Shown in pieces: positions 8,937 through 21,555 of a stretch of 32,000 nt of DNA. Source of the DNA: Trichlorobacter lovleyi SZ (lineage in GTDB: Bacteria > Desulfobacterota > Desulfuromonadia > Geobacterales > Pseudopelobacteraceae); the NCBI RefSeq assembly GCF_000020385.1, contig NC_010814.1:3690001-3722000 (forward strand), written 5' to 3'. Position 1 is the first letter of the stretch; the number at the start of each line of letters is the position of its first letter. The translations under genes and the position numbers were made by a program. Under the pieces are notes generated by a model. That model had not been told where the DNA came from, did not search any database, and worked only from the letters and a program-made list of their open reading frames with translations.

Positions 8937-10739
8937 TTACTTGTTCTTCTTTTTACGCTGGTTCGGATCCAGCTCCTTCTTACGCAGACGGACCGAGGTG
9001 GGGGTCACCTCCACCAGCTCATCATCATCAATGAACTCAAGCGCCTGCTCCAGGGTCATACTGCGGGGCGGGGTCAGCTTGATGGCATCGTCCGAACCGG
9101 AAGCCCGCACGTTGGTCAGTTTCTTGCCCCGGCAGGCGTTAACCTCCAGGTCATTGTCACGGGCATGTTCGCCAATGATCATACCGCCGTACACCTCTAC
9201 ACCGGCACCGATGAACAGGGTACCGCGGGGTTGCAGGGCATCCAGGGAATAAGCGGTGGTCTCACCATGCTCCATGGCGATCAGCACGCCGTTTTTCCGG
9301 CCGGGGATTTCGCCCTTGTAGGGGGCATACTCGTGGAAGGTATGGGTCATGACGGCAGTACCACGGGTATCGGTCAGCACCTCACCCCGCAGGCCGATCA
9401 GACCGCGGGCAGGCACGACAAATTCCAGACGGACCATCTCACCCATCGGATGCATGGCCACCATCTCACCTTTACGTGGCCCCATCTTTTCAATAATTGC
9501 GCCCTGGAATTCAGTGGCCACATCCACCACCAGATATTCCATCGGCTCCATCTTGACGCCGTCCTTTTCACGGACAATCACCTCTGGCTTGGAAACAGCC
9601 AGCTCAAACCCTTCACGGCGCATATTCTCAATCAAAATAGAGAGATGCAGCTCACCACGGCCGGAGATCTTGAAGGTATCAGGGGAATCGGTATCTTCTA
9701 CCCGCAGTGAGACGTTGGTACGCAGTTCTTTGGTCAGGCGCTCACGGATGTTACGGGAGGTAACCCATTTCCCTTCACGACCGGCAAAGGGGGAGGTGTT
9801 CACGATGAAGTTCATGGCCAGGGTCGGCTCATCAATGGAAACATAGGGCACGGCCACCGGATTCTCAGCCGAGGCGAGGGTCTCACCGATGCTGACATCA
9901 TCAAAACCGGCCACCGTCACAATATCGCCGGTACCGGCCTCCTGGATCTCGACCTGCTTCAGTCCTTCATATCCCAGCAGTTTGGTGATCCGGCTGCGGC
10001 TGACGGTGCCGTCCTGCTTGATCATGGCCACCGTTTCACCGGCCTTGACCTGACCATTAAAGATCCGGCCAGTGGCAATCCGGCCGATATACTCGTTATA
10101 GTCAATGTTGGCGATCAGCATCTGGAACGGCGCGTTGGCATCCCCCTTGGGAGGCCGCACGTTGGACTCAACCACGGCAAACAGCGGTTCCATGCTGTTT
10201 GATTCCACATTCACATCCAGCTTGGCATAGCCCATCTTGGCACTGGTGTAGACCACCGGAAAGTCAAGCTGCTCGTCACTTGCCTCCAGTTCGCAGAACA
10301 GGTCAAAGACCATGTTCAGAACTTCATCGGGCCGTGAGCCGGGACGGTCGATCTTGTTGATCACCACAATCGGCTTCAGACCCAGATCAAGGGACTTCTT
10401 CAGTACGAAGCGGGTCTGGGGCATTGGGCCGTCCAGGGCGTCAACCAGCAGCAGCACCGAGTCAACCATCTTCAGCACCCGCTCCACCTCACCGCCGAAG
10501 TCGGCGTGGCCGGGGGTGTCTACAATGTTGATCTTGTACTGACCATGATGAATCGAGAGATTCTTTGCCAGGATAGTAATGCCGCGCTCTTTCTCAAGGT
10601 CGTTGCTGTCCATGACCCGCTCGGTAATGGCTTCATGTTCCCGGTAAACCCCGGCATGCTTTAACATGGCGTCAACCAAGGTGGTCTTACCGTGGTCAAC
10701 GTGGGCGATAATGGCGATGTTACGAATACGCTCCTGCAT
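8937..10739 (-). CDS. typA: Translational GTPase TypA/BipA
   Basis: [45 protein letters not shown], which are the G1-G4 motifs and full-length TypA architecture. The start is ATG 10737-10739 with an AAGGAG SD at 10747-10752. The ORF-track TTG at 10757 actually overlaps that SD. Confidence 0.97.
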   Translation of the reverse strand: MQERIRNIAIIAHVDHGKTTLVDAMLKHAGVYREHEAITERVMDSNDLEKERGITILAKNLSIHHGQYKINIVDTPGHADFGGEVERVLKMVDSVLLLVDALDGPMPQTRFVLKKSLDLGLKPIVVINKIDRPGSRPDEVLNMVFDLFCELEASDEQLDFPVVYTSAKMGYAKLDVNVESNSMEPLFAVVESNVRPPKGDANAPFQMLIANIDYNEYIGRIATGRIFNGQVKAGETVAMIKQDGTVSRSRITKLLGYEGLKQVEIQEAGTGDIVTVAGFDDVSIGETLASAENPVAVPYVSIDEPTLAMNFIVNTSPFAGREGKWVTSRNIRERLTKELRTNVSLRVEDTDSPDTFKISGRGELHLSILIENMRREGFELAVSKPEVIVREKDGVKMEPMEYLVVDVATEFQGAIIEKMGPRKGEMVAMHPMGEMVRLEFVVPARGLIGLRGEVLTDTRGTAVMTHTFHEYAPYKGEIPGRKNGVLIAMEHGETTAYSLDALQPRGTLFIGAGVEVYGGMIIGEHARDNDLEVNACRGKKLTNVRASGSDDAIKLTPPRSMTLEQALEFIDDDELVEVTPTSVRLRKKELDPNQRKKKNK

Positions 10740-10752
10740 GAAAAATCTCCTT

Positions 10753-10784
10753 AACAATGAAAAAGACGGGCATGTGAGCCCGTC
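10753..10784 (-). terminator. Hairpin plus U-tract ending the upstream GGDEF operon and abutting the typA SD
   Basis: GACGGGC (10765-10771) pairs with GCCCGTC (10778-10784) around a 6-nt loop. The minus strand continues TTTTTCATTGTT and then AAGGAG. Confidence 0.6.
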
Positions 10785-10828
10785 AGCTTGACGACACTAT
10801 GGCAGATTATTGTTTTAAGGGCAAGGAG

Positions 10829-12769
10829 TTATACACTCTCAGCACGAACACAGTTCCTCCCGGCCTGTTTAGCCAAATACATTAAAGCATCAGCCCGCTG
10901 TCCCAGCTGCTCGACTGTATCACCAGGCCTGGAAACAGCCACCCCGAAACTAGCCGTCACACAACCGACTCCCTTTAATTCAGAAACACGCAGGTCTTCC
11001 AATAGAGTTTCTGCAAGGGCTGCGGCAGCTAACAAGCCGGTGTGGGGCAAAAGAACAATGAACTCTTCCCCCCCCCAACGGGCCAGACAATCTGAACTAC
11101 GGATCCGCTTCTGAATCAGCTTTACCAGATGCCGTAACACCTGGTCACCCACATCATGCCCGTAGCGGTCATTAACCTGCTTAAAGTGATCAATATCCAG
11201 CATGATCAGACTGAATGGCTCTCCATGCCGCTCGGCCCTGCACAGCTCTTTTAACAAGGTTTCTTGCAGAAAACGCCGGTTATACACACCGGTCAACGGG
11301 TCGGTAATCGACAAAAGCCGCAACTGTTCCTCCAGCTGCTTACGCTCAGTGATATCGCGGAAAACCGTAACTGAACCGATAATCCGTCCACTCTTGAGCA
11401 TGGGCTGGCTGGCGACTTCCACCATTAGCAAATCACCGTTTTTTTGAATAAACTGCTCTTCTCCTTCATAGCGCCCTCTGGTCTGGATTACACGATAAAT
11501 AGGGCACTCTTCTAGCACCGTCTGATTTCCGCCAGCATGGCGATGAAACAGATCGTGGGCTATTTGACCGTTCAACTCATCAGGGGCAAACCCCAGTATT
11601 TCGGTCGCACGTTCATTGACAAAAGTGATCCTGCCCTGACCGTCCATGACATAAATACCATCGGCAATATTTGACGTAATCAGTGCCAGGCGCTGTTCCT
11701 GCTCCAGCACAGTCTGCATACTACTCAAAAAAAGGTAAAGTGCCGTTCCGCCGAACAGTGTCATGATCGTGAAGACAAGCAGATTAGTACGATGACTGGC
11801 ATAAAGGCTTTCAAGTTCCGGTGTCCGGACGAACGTAAGCATCACAGCGCTGGCAGCACCATCAGTATCATGCAACGGGACCAGGCTGACCTGAAAGACC
11901 TGTCCAACATGGCTGATGGCAACTGATGCAGGTTTTCCTGCTGCCAGGGCGGCCTGAAAGCCCTGGTCTGTCTTGAGTAGTTTATATACCTCCTGGGATA
12001 CCGGAGAAAGAGGAGGGGGGGAGTCTGGCAGCTCTCTTTGGGGGTCTTCGACCAGCCAGTCCTGGCTGATGAGTGACGGAGCGTAATTTTTCTTATGCTC
12101 ATCAAATAGCTTTGGTAACAGCACCGATGACTTCAAGAGCAGCAGGTAATCCTTGGCGGCATCAAGATCATGCAGCCCTTTGCGCACTGCCTCGAACGGC
12201 TGGGACAGTTCAACGCTGCCCAGATGCTGACCCTGCCAGACAATCGGAAAGACATTGCGGAATCCTATGATAACCCGCCCGGTTTCAAAGCCAAAAACCG
12301 GTTTGCGTGTCCGGTTCGCCTCCACGACAGAAGGACGGCTGGCCACCAACGAGTCACCAGAATTATGGGGAGAATGAAAACGGAGGAACGAGCGGTTATC
12401 AGGCGTATGAAAGTGTAGCTGCCGCACATCACGTTGGCGAAATTGCTCGTAGACCGGGGACAGTTTACGGTACAGCCTGACCCGCTCAATAGCCTGTTGA
12501 TTACGATCACCTGTCGTGGCCGCCTGCAGAATATCCAGCACCTCAGGCTGCATAATGTAGCTGTCAAAATAGGCCTGCATGGCAATGCGATGGGCAGTAG
12601 TAACGGCCTGCCACGCAACTTCCTGAGCATGTGTCTGACCCGCAAGTTGCAATTTTTCCTGCGTATCCCGCTCATGGCGCAAATAGGCCGCGCCACAACT
12701 CCAAAAGGCCAGCGACAGGAGGCAAACTCCCCAACAGATACGTTTATACAGCCTGTCCGGCAATTTCAT
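10829..12769 (-). CDS. Membrane sensor diguanylate cyclase: TM, Cache-type periplasmic domain, TM, PAS, GGDEF (GGEEF, RxxD I-site)
   Basis: Cache-like segment QLHFHTPDNRSFLRFHSP..VVEANRTRKPVFGFETGRVIIGFRNVFPI. PAS segment ITSNIADGIYVMDGQGRITFVNERATEILGF. Catalytic motif RSSDCLARWGGEEFIVLL. The start lies 6 nt after the stop of the binding-protein gene. Confidence 0.9.
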   Translation of the reverse strand: MKLPDRLYKRICWGVCLLSLAFWSCGAAYLRHERDTQEKLQLAGQTHAQEVAWQAVTTAHRIAMQAYFDSYIMQPEVLDILQAATTGDRNQQAIERVRLYRKLSPVYEQFRQRDVRQLHFHTPDNRSFLRFHSPHNSGDSLVASRPSVVEANRTRKPVFGFETGRVIIGFRNVFPIVWQGQHLGSVELSQPFEAVRKGLHDLDAAKDYLLLLKSSVLLPKLFDEHKKNYAPSLISQDWLVEDPQRELPDSPPPLSPVSQEVYKLLKTDQGFQAALAAGKPASVAISHVGQVFQVSLVPLHDTDGAASAVMLTFVRTPELESLYASHRTNLLVFTIMTLFGGTALYLFLSSMQTVLEQEQRLALITSNIADGIYVMDGQGRITFVNERATEILGFAPDELNGQIAHDLFHRHAGGNQTVLEECPIYRVIQTRGRYEGEEQFIQKNGDLLMVEVASQPMLKSGRIIGSVTVFRDITERKQLEEQLRLLSITDPLTGVYNRRFLQETLLKELCRAERHGEPFSLIMLDIDHFKQVNDRYGHDVGDQVLRHLVKLIQKRIRSSDCLARWGGEEFIVLLPHTGLLAAAALAETLLEDLRVSELKGVGCVTASFGVAVSRPGDTVEQLGQRADALMYLAKQAGRNCVRAESV

Positions 12770-12775
12770 GATGAT

Positions 12776-13606
12776 TTACCGAAAAAATTTCAGATTTTGA
12801 CGAATCAGGTCGTAATTTGCATCAAGCACAGGAGCAAAGCCATGCTGCCCCATCACCAGGGCCGCACGATCCTTTGAAGCAATGCCCAGTAACAATTTTC
12901 TGATTTCTCTGATCTGCTCAGGAGTCACAGTTGCCCTGTTTGCAACCAGAAGAAAGCCGGGGAAGGCCGGGGTTTCCTCAATTATTCTCAAGGTCAGACT
13001 CGCATACTTTTTAGCAACGGCAGTCTTGAGAGTTCCAACCTCATAAGTCCCCTTGACCACTGCCAGGGCGACCTGATCCTGATTGCCAAGGTAATCATGG
13101 TGCAGCGCCTCCAGCTTAACACCATGTTTATCCAACAGGTAGCCTGCTGTCAGGTGACCACAGGTCGAAAGCGGTTGTGAAAAAGCTATTGAGCGGCGCA
13201 CCTGCTCAACGGAAAGGGGGCCGTCAAAGGCGGTTACCATGGCACAGGTATAGGTGGCTTTCCCGTCTGGCTCGTTAATGGCAACCAGCGACTCTGCTTT
13301 GGTATAACTGTTTCGCAGAATAACATACGGTAAAGGTCCTAAATGAACGATATCAATCTTGCCTTCCTGGAAAAGCCGCAGGATATCCTCATAGTTTTTC
13401 TCATACCGGATGGCAATAGGGGTTTTCAGCTGCTTTGCCAAGTAGGAGACCAAGGGACGATTGGCTGCAATAACTGTTTCAGGCTGTTCAATCGGTAGCG
13501 GTGTATAGACCAACTCACGACCTTCAGTCTGCCCGGATGCTGCAAACAGGCATACCAACAGAACAACAGCAAACCAGGGCAGCCCCTTCAACTTCACTTT
13601 TACCAT
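12776..13606 (-). CDS. PhnD-like (phosphate/phosphonate family) periplasmic substrate-binding protein; orphan, coupled to the sensor cyclase
   Basis: Signal peptide MVKVKLKGLPWFAVVLLVCLFAASG. The Phosphonate-bd style fold sequence is present (LVYTPLPIEQPETVIAANRPLVSYLAKQL..KIDIVHLGPLPYV). The start was moved to ATG 13606. No ABC permease or ATPase is nearby. Confidence 0.8.
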   Translation of the reverse strand: MVKVKLKGLPWFAVVLLVCLFAASGQTEGRELVYTPLPIEQPETVIAANRPLVSYLAKQLKTPIAIRYEKNYEDILRLFQEGKIDIVHLGPLPYVILRNSYTKAESLVAINEPDGKATYTCAMVTAFDGPLSVEQVRRSIAFSQPLSTCGHLTAGYLLDKHGVKLEALHHDYLGNQDQVALAVVKGTYEVGTLKTAVAKKYASLTLRIIEETPAFPGFLLVANRATVTPEQIREIRKLLLGIASKDRAALVMGQHGFAPVLDANYDLIRQNLKFFR

Positions 13607-13719
13607 GTACAACCTCAAATAAATTAGCAAATTACAAACTGGGATCTTTTATATCATATTTATCCGCCAGTCAACTACAGGCAGACTTTTTCTTTACACT
13701 AGTATAGAGTACATCCGTT

Positions 13720-15717
<1,998 letters not shown>

Positions 15718-15856
15718 CGTAGTTGACGAAAAGCCATCAAAATCGGCCGCTGATGACACGGATTGAGCGTATATATTTAGATTTTAATCAGTTTTAGCAA
15801 AATTCGCCTAGATCCATTAAAATCAGATTTGATCCACGTACTATTTAATTTTAGGG

Positions 15857-18010
15857 TTAATTCTCCGTTGCAGCCTTAAACTCTTCCAGCTGTACCTTCA
15901 GCTTCTCCAGGCCCGCCGGCGCACCACTGACATCTCCGGTCTTGGCAGCTGCCTCAATGGCTGCGGCAGTCTCCCGCATCTGCATGGCCCCGATATTTGC
16001 AGAAGAGCCCTTGATGGCATGGGACGTGGTCCGCACCTTATCCGGGTTTCCTTCTGCAATCGCCTCTTCCAGGGCTGACATATTCGGTTCAACCCCCTTA
16101 AAGAAGAGCCCCATAAAACGAGGGATCAGCGCCTCAGCTCCCCCCAGCCGTTCCAGCAGATCCGCCTTGGCATAGACCGGAATTTCATCGTCAACAGCAA
16201 CAGCAGGAACAGCCACGGCATCCGGTTCCGGTTCCACCACGACAGCCCCACAGTAGCGCTGCAGCATTTCCAGCACCTGGGCCGGCTTGACCGGCTTGGA
16301 CAGATAATCATCCATCCCGGCAGCCAGACACTTGTCGCGGTCCTCCTTGCCGGCATAGGCGGTCATGGCAACAATCGGTGTCCGCCCGTTCCCCCGCTCC
16401 TGCTCCAGCCTCCTGATGGCAGTGGCAGCCTGCAGACCATCCATCTCGGGCATCTGTACATCCATCAGTACGATATCGAACCGTCCGGCAGTATAAGCCT
16501 GCAGCGCCTCCCGGCCATTGGTTGCTTCGGTGATACAGTGGTTGTAACGTTCCAGCACCGCCTTTGCAAGCTCACGGTTGACCTCTACGTCATCGGCCAG
16601 AAGTATGGCCAGCCCTTTGGGTGGCTCAAGAGACTGGACAGCCGGGACACCTTCCCCTTCAATCACCACATCCTCATCAACCGTTGCCAACAATGTTGTA
16701 AAAAAGAAGCTGCTGCCTTTTCCCGGTTCGCTCTTCACCCAGATCCGGCCGCCCATCAGCTCTGCCAGCCGGCGACAGATGGTCAGCCCCAGACCGGTAC
16801 CGCCGAATTTTTTAGTGGTGGTAACGTCAGCCTGCTCAAAGGTCTCAAAGATACGGGACTGTGACTCAAGCGGGATACCGATCCCCTGGTCTGCCACACA
16901 GAATCGCACCAGCAGAAATCCACCGCGGGACGCCTCCAGCTGTGCCGATACGGTAATCTCCCCCTGGTCACTGAACTTGATGGCATTCCCCACCAGATTG
17001 ATCAAAATCTGACGCAGTTTGTAGCAATCACCATCCAGACGATCAGGTACCGCCTGATCCACCCGGATTACCAGCCGCAACCCTTTCTGCTCAGCCTTCA
17101 AACCAAGGGAATACAACCCCTGCTCAAGGTTTTTGCGCAGCAGGAACGGCGCAGCCGCCAACTCCAGCTTGCCGGCCTCGATCTTGGAAAAATCCAGGAT
17201 ATCATTGATAATCACCATCAGGTTTTCTGCAGAGTCACGGATTGCCAGCAACTGCTTGCGCTGCTGTTCAGGAGAAAAACCACCGTCCAGCAGCAGTTCG
17301 GTCATCCCCATCACACCGTTCATCGGGGTGCGGATCTCATGGGACATGTTGGCCAGGAATTCACTTTTGGCCCGACTGGCTGCCTCGGCCTTTTCACGGG
17401 CTATTGCCAGCTCACGGGTTCGCTCCTCAACCCGCTGTTCAAGATTGGCCATATGTTCCTTCAACAACCCCCGCAGGGTGGTGCTCTCCAGGGCATAGGC
17501 GGCAGCATTCAGCAAAATTGAGAGGGCATTCAGGGAGGGGGCGTCAAAGGTGGCCGATTCATCCGGCACCTGACCGACAAACATACCGTGGATACGGGAA
17601 CGGGTGGTGATACTCTGCAGCAGCAGGGTGCCACCCCCCTGGGCCGGCACCATTACTGCCTGATTACGATTCAGGGCCCAGGCAAAGGCCCCGTCCATGA
17701 TGGCGGCGTCACAGGCCCCCTGTAACCGGCTGGCACAGGAGTCGCTATCGCAGGAAGTCAGCTCGAAGCTGCCGTCATCCATCGCCTCAAGGATACCGGC
17801 CAGGGTAAAAGGGATCAGACGCCTGACCTGGGTCAGGGTCGCCCTGAAGATATCCTGCAACCCTTCAGCCCTGGCAAGGTCCGCCTGGAAATCACCACTG
17901 GAGGCCAGCATTTCAAGGATCGCAACGTAGCGGCGGTTTGCCTCCTCCAGATAGTCAACCCGTTCCTGCAAAAACAGGGGAACCGTTATGGCTGCGTCAG
18001 CTGAGATCAT
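15857..18010 (-). CDS. Cytoplasmic hybrid sensor histidine kinase (N-terminal GAF-like domain, HisKA, HATPase, REC, HPt)
   Basis: H-box [12 protein letters not shown] and G boxes [26 protein letters not shown] segment [23 protein letters not shown]. HPt segment [13 protein letters not shown]. The start ATG overlaps the HDOD stop (ATGA at 18007-18010). Confidence 0.93.
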   Translation of the reverse strand: MISADAAITVPLFLQERVDYLEEANRRYVAILEMLASSGDFQADLARAEGLQDIFRATLTQVRRLIPFTLAGILEAMDDGSFELTSCDSDSCASRLQGACDAAIMDGAFAWALNRNQAVMVPAQGGGTLLLQSITTRSRIHGMFVGQVPDESATFDAPSLNALSILLNAAAYALESTTLRGLLKEHMANLEQRVEERTRELAIAREKAEAASRAKSEFLANMSHEIRTPMNGVMGMTELLLDGGFSPEQQRKQLLAIRDSAENLMVIINDILDFSKIEAGKLELAAAPFLLRKNLEQGLYSLGLKAEQKGLRLVIRVDQAVPDRLDGDCYKLRQILINLVGNAIKFSDQGEITVSAQLEASRGGFLLVRFCVADQGIGIPLESQSRIFETFEQADVTTTKKFGGTGLGLTICRRLAELMGGRIWVKSEPGKGSSFFFTTLLATVDEDVVIEGEGVPAVQSLEPPKGLAILLADDVEVNRELAKAVLERYNHCITEATNGREALQAYTAGRFDIVLMDVQMPEMDGLQAATAIRRLEQERGNGRTPIVAMTAYAGKEDRDKCLAAGMDDYLSKPVKPAQVLEMLQRYCGAVVVEPEPDAVAVPAVAVDDEIPVYAKADLLERLGGAEALIPRFMGLFFKGVEPNMSALEEAIAEGNPDKVRTTSHAIKGSSANIGAMQMRETAAAIEAAAKTGDVSGAPAGLEKLKVQLEEFKAATEN

Positions 18011-18876
18011 GCGGCATCCGTCAGAATGGCAAAGGTCTCTTCAATCTGCGGTTCTGCCTGCTTCATCACCGCCCCCAGCTGATGGGGCGTCATACCCAGC
18101 CGGTCCCAGGCCGCTCCATCAAGAGGAGGGACAAACCGCTCACAGCTCTGGCCCAGCTCAAAGGCTTGACAGATAATATCTGCAATATGAATCAACGATG
18201 TTTCCAGCGGGAACTGCTCTGCCCGTGACGGACGGTGGTGAAAGGCAACCGGATCGGCAATATTGGCCGGAATCTTCCAGTCCTTCAGCAGTGCCCCGCC
18301 TGCCTCGGCATGATCAAAACCGACCCGCTTCAACTCAACATCAAAATAGAGCAGTTCTTTAGCCTGGGTCTCTTCAATCATCTGCCGCACCAGTTCACCC
18401 AGCACAGTGGCCATAATCAACTGGCCGATATCATGCAGCATACCGGCCACAAAGAACCGCTCCACATTGGCCTCCCGCCGCCAGGTGGCCAGGGCACGGG
18501 CAATAATGCCGCAGGCAATGGAATGACGCCAGAAGGTGGCCATGCTCATCAGTTCCTCGGGAATCCCCTTGAAGATCCCCATCACCGAGGCAGCCAGGGC
18601 GAGATCCCGCAACTGCTGGGTGCCGATAATGGTGACCGCCTTGCTGATGGAGTCAACCTTGCCGAAATAGCCGAACATCGGACTGTTGGCCAGCCGCAAT
18701 AACCGGGCGGTCAGACCCTGATCTTCGGTAATGATCTTGCCGATATCATCAACAGAGGTGCGGGGATGGTTGATCGCCTCATTGAGACGGTCATAGAACA
18801 GTGGCAGGGAATAGACGGTACTGGTACGGTCAATCAGCCACTGAACCGTATAGGTCGGGGTATCAGCAAAGGCCAT
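18007..18876 (-). CDS. HDOD domain signalling protein
   Basis: [47 protein letters not shown] and HDIGQL are typical HDOD sequence. An SD (GGAAGG) lies 7 nt upstream of the start. Confidence 0.9.
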   Translation of the reverse strand: MAFADTPTYTVQWLIDRTSTVYSLPLFYDRLNEAINHPRTSVDDIGKIITEDQGLTARLLRLANSPMFGYFGKVDSISKAVTIIGTQQLRDLALAASVMGIFKGIPEELMSMATFWRHSIACGIIARALATWRREANVERFFVAGMLHDIGQLIMATVLGELVRQMIEETQAKELLYFDVELKRVGFDHAEAGGALLKDWKIPANIADPVAFHHRPSRAEQFPLETSLIHIADIICQAFELGQSCERFVPPLDGAAWDRLGMTPHQLGAVMKQAEPQIEETFAILTDAA

Positions 18877-19255
18877 GGAGTACCTTCCTGATGGCGGCCA
18901 GTCGCAATAACTCCCGCAGGGCGGGATGTTCGGTACCGGAATGCCTGAAGTGCGGCAGCAGTGTGTCTTCGGCGGCGATCAGTGCAGCGGGGTCAATTTC
19001 GGCCGGGAGTGGTAGTTCGTTATCGACATAGTCAATGCCGGCAATATCAGCTTCTGCCACCCCCCAGGTGCGGAATATCGTCAAATGTTTCTGATTCAGC
19101 TCCGCTCCGGCCCCCAGCAGCATACGTCCGTTGCGGTCAAGCACGTCACTTGCCAGTACCATCCCGATCTCAAGATTATCAAGCGCAACAAGTCCCATGC
19201 TTTTGGCCTGTCCCGTTCTCTGAAGTTTTATTAGAATAGCACGTTCAGCACGCAA
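18863..19255 (-). CDS. Hypothetical small protein (111-130 aa), first gene of the HDOD/kinase operon
   Basis: The ORF overlaps the HDOD start by 14 nt. The segment LEIGMVLASDVLDRNGRMLLGAGAELNQKHLTIFRTWGV resembles, from memory, the N-terminal module found in front of many HD-GYP proteins. The start is ambiguous (TTG 19255 or ATG 19198). Confidence 0.5.
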   Translation of the reverse strand: MRAERAILIKLQRTGQAKSMGLVALDNLEIGMVLASDVLDRNGRMLLGAGAELNQKHLTIFRTWGVAEADIAGIDYVDNELPLPAEIDPAALIAAEDTLLPHFRHSGTEHPALRELLRLAAIRKVLHGLC

Positions 19256-19323
19256 CTCAAGGTTTTGTGCGATTTTTCATTTTTTGACCGTTGTCATGCC
19301 ACTGGCGCCAGAAACAAGGCAGG

Positions 19324-19677
19324 ATGGAACCTATGAAAAACGAACCAACGGCACAACAGACCAGGGACATCAAGGTTATCGCCGGATTTACGGAAGTCTG
19401 GTGTGCTGGTCAGCAGCATACCAGCAGGCAGCAGCACACCCTGCTGCAAGGGATGCCCCCCCTGCTACTCTGCCCTGATTGTGCGGCTTTTCTGGATTAT
19501 GCAGCAAAAAAGCGGATGAACTGCCCGCTTGACGCTGAAAAACCGACCTGCAGGCGCTGCCGGATTCATTGCTATGCGCCGCAGCAGCGGGCCTTGGTCA
19601 AGCAGATCATGGCCTGGTCAGGCAAACGGATGATTCTCAGAGGCAGGCTGGATTATCTCTGGCACTACTTTTTTTGA
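19324..19677 (+). CDS. YgbA / nitrous-oxide-stimulated-promoter family protein (Cys-rich)
   Basis: AEKPTCRRCRIHCYAPQQRALVKQIMAWSGKRMIL matches the conserved core of E. coli YgbA (EEKPACKQCPVHCYQP..MKQIMRWAGPRM). The start is ATG 19324 or ATG 19333. Confidence 0.85.
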   Translation: MEPMKNEPTAQQTRDIKVIAGFTEVWCAGQQHTSRQQHTLLQGMPPLLLCPDCAAFLDYAAKKRMNCPLDAEKPTCRRCRIHCYAPQQRALVKQIMAWSGKRMILRGRLDYLWHYFF

Positions 19678-19692
19678 AGCCCATCTGCCAGC

Positions 19693-21505
19693 TCAGGATG
19701 GCATCGACAATAGTGCATGCCATTTTTCAGTGACAAAACCGGGAATCAGCAGTTTTGCACATTGTTCAGCCGACAAGGGACGCGCATAATAGTAGCCCTG
19801 CATCTCGTGACACCCCCTGGCCAGCAGGAACTCCACATGTCCCTGATGCTCGACCCCTTCGGCAATCACCTCCATCCGCATAGTGCGGGCCAACGAGATG
19901 ATGGTCTCGACAATCGCGGCATCGTCATGATTCGCAGGGGCCTCAGACACAAACGAGCGGTCAATCTTGATACGATCGATCGGAAAGTGTTTGAGATAAC
20001 TTAATGAGGAATAGCCGGTACCAAAATCATCTACAGCCAGCCAAACCCCCAGCTGTTTCAACTCCTGCAGCTTTTTGGCAGCCTCGTCCGGGCGGTGCAT
20101 GATTGCGCTCTCAGTCAACTCAAGTTCGATACTGTCAGGGGACAGATCATTCTGCTGCAAAGCCCCTGCAACCACCTGTAGCAGGCCGGCCTGTTCAAAC
20201 TGAACGGCAGAGAGGTTAATGGCAAGTCGGGGGGGCTGCAGGCCATCAAATTTCCATTGGCGCAGCTGCCGGCAGGCCGTCTGCAGGCCCCACTCGCCGA
20301 TCGGTATGATCAGACCGTTTTTCTCGGCAATGCTGATAATCTGCAAGGGCGACAGGCAGGGCGTCCCATCTGGGTTGTTCCAGCGCAGCAATGCCTCAAT
20401 GCCGATGACCGTTCCGGTGCGGGCATCAAACTGGGGCTGATAGGCCAGCGAAAGCAGGTTGTCAGCCACGGCATGCCGCAGGGCGGTTTCTATTTCCAGA
20501 CGTTCAATCGCCCGTTCCTGCAACTGTTTCGAATAGTAGTGATAGCGGTTGCGGCCCTGTTCTTTTGCTACGTACATAGCCATATCGGCATTTTTCAGCA
20601 ACTCACTCGCATCCTCTGCATCATCAGGGTAAATTGATATGCCAAGGCTGCCGCTGACAAAGATTTCTCGATTTCCAATCCAGAACGGTTCATCCAGAGA
20701 CCTGAGAATGGCGGCAGCGACCAGGGAGGCGTTCAGCTCATCGTGCAGCCCCATGGTTACAATGACAAACTCATCACCACCTGTCCGGGCAATGGTGTCG
20801 GATTGACGCATACCGCTTTCAAGACGTTCGGCAACAGCCTGTAACAGCAGGTCACCGACTCCATGCCCGAGGCTGTCGTTCACGGCCTTAAAATGGTCAA
20901 GATCAAGAAAAAAGACAGCAACCTTGCATTCACGGCGACTGCAGGCCAGCATTGCCTGTTTCAGGCGATCATTAAGCAGTGCCCGGTTGGGAAGCCCTGT
21001 CAGAAAGTCAAACGACGCCAATTGCTGCACCTGACGTTCTGCGGCACGGTACTCGGTAACATCAGAGAATATGACCACCACCCGCCGGGCCTCGGCCGGA
21101 AGAATCGAAATGGCGAGCACTTTATCCAGACCCGGCAGCTCTTTTTCAAGGGAAACGGTTCTCCCATCCTGCAGCACCTGACGGAAAAGCCCCAGCATCT
21201 CTTCGTGCAACAGACCAAACATCTCCCCAGAGCGCAGTCCCACCAGGCTGGACCGGTTTTTCAAAAACAGCCTGCTGCAGGCCGGGTTTGCCTCTACAAT
21301 CGTTGCGTCAGTATCATTCAGGACAAGCTCAAGCAAAAGAACCGCTTCGTGTGTACTCAGAAAGAGACCGCGATATTTCTGCTCACTCTCGGCAAGAGAG
21401 CGCTGGGCCGCGGCCACCGCCCGTGTCGGCAGAACCAGGGTGGTACGAAACACAAAGACGGCAATGCCGGTGCTGCACAGCAAGACTCCCAAGGCCCGGA
21501 AAATG
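19693..21505 (-). pseudogene. 3' fragment (TM2-PAS-GGDEF-EAL) of a membrane c-di-GMP enzyme gene split by an IS256-family insertion
   Basis: PAS, GGDEF (RQSDTIARTGGDEF) and EAL (EALLRW, DDFGTGYSS, EGVE) are intact. The only available start is the TTG at 21490-21492, which has no SD and becomes an internal Leu codon once the IS is removed. Confidence 0.85.
21497..21505. repeat. Target-site duplication CGGAAAATG (copy 1)
   Basis: A perfect 9-bp direct repeat with 22882-22890 that immediately flanks the IS. Confidence 0.85.
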
Positions 21506-21555
21506 GGTAGTGTAAAGATTTTTTCGCTTTTTTGTTTTGCAGTGCCTTTTGGTTA
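21506..21555. repeat. IS terminal inverted repeat, low-coordinate end
   Basis: GTAAAGATTTTTTCGCTTTTTT (21512-21533), GCAGTGCCT (21539-21547) and TTTGGTTA (21548-21555) match the reverse complement of 22822-22876. The outer 22-mer matches at 17/22 positions. Confidence 0.8.

Noticed and set aside
10740-10757. N-terminal extensions in the ORF track: typA TTG 10757, tetR 5169, second tetR TTG 5386, mtgA-like TTG 27273, cytochrome 30190, hypA 30937, pdxA 24192, MFP 4513, PhnD-like 13630.
   Set aside because: In each case a downstream ATG or GTG has a proper SD and/or gives the canonical family N-terminus or signal peptide. Several of the extensions also overlap SDs, operators or terminators.
15718-15856. 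An AT-rich convergent spacer between uvrB and the kinase gene, containing the inverted 8-mers GATTTTAA and TTAAAATC and repeated GATCCA. I considered an IS remnant, an att site or a terminator.
   Set aside because: The stems are short and AT-only, and there is no U-tract, no flanking direct repeat and no coding remnant. It cannot be distinguished from ordinary AT-rich intergenic DNA without a genome-wide repeat search.
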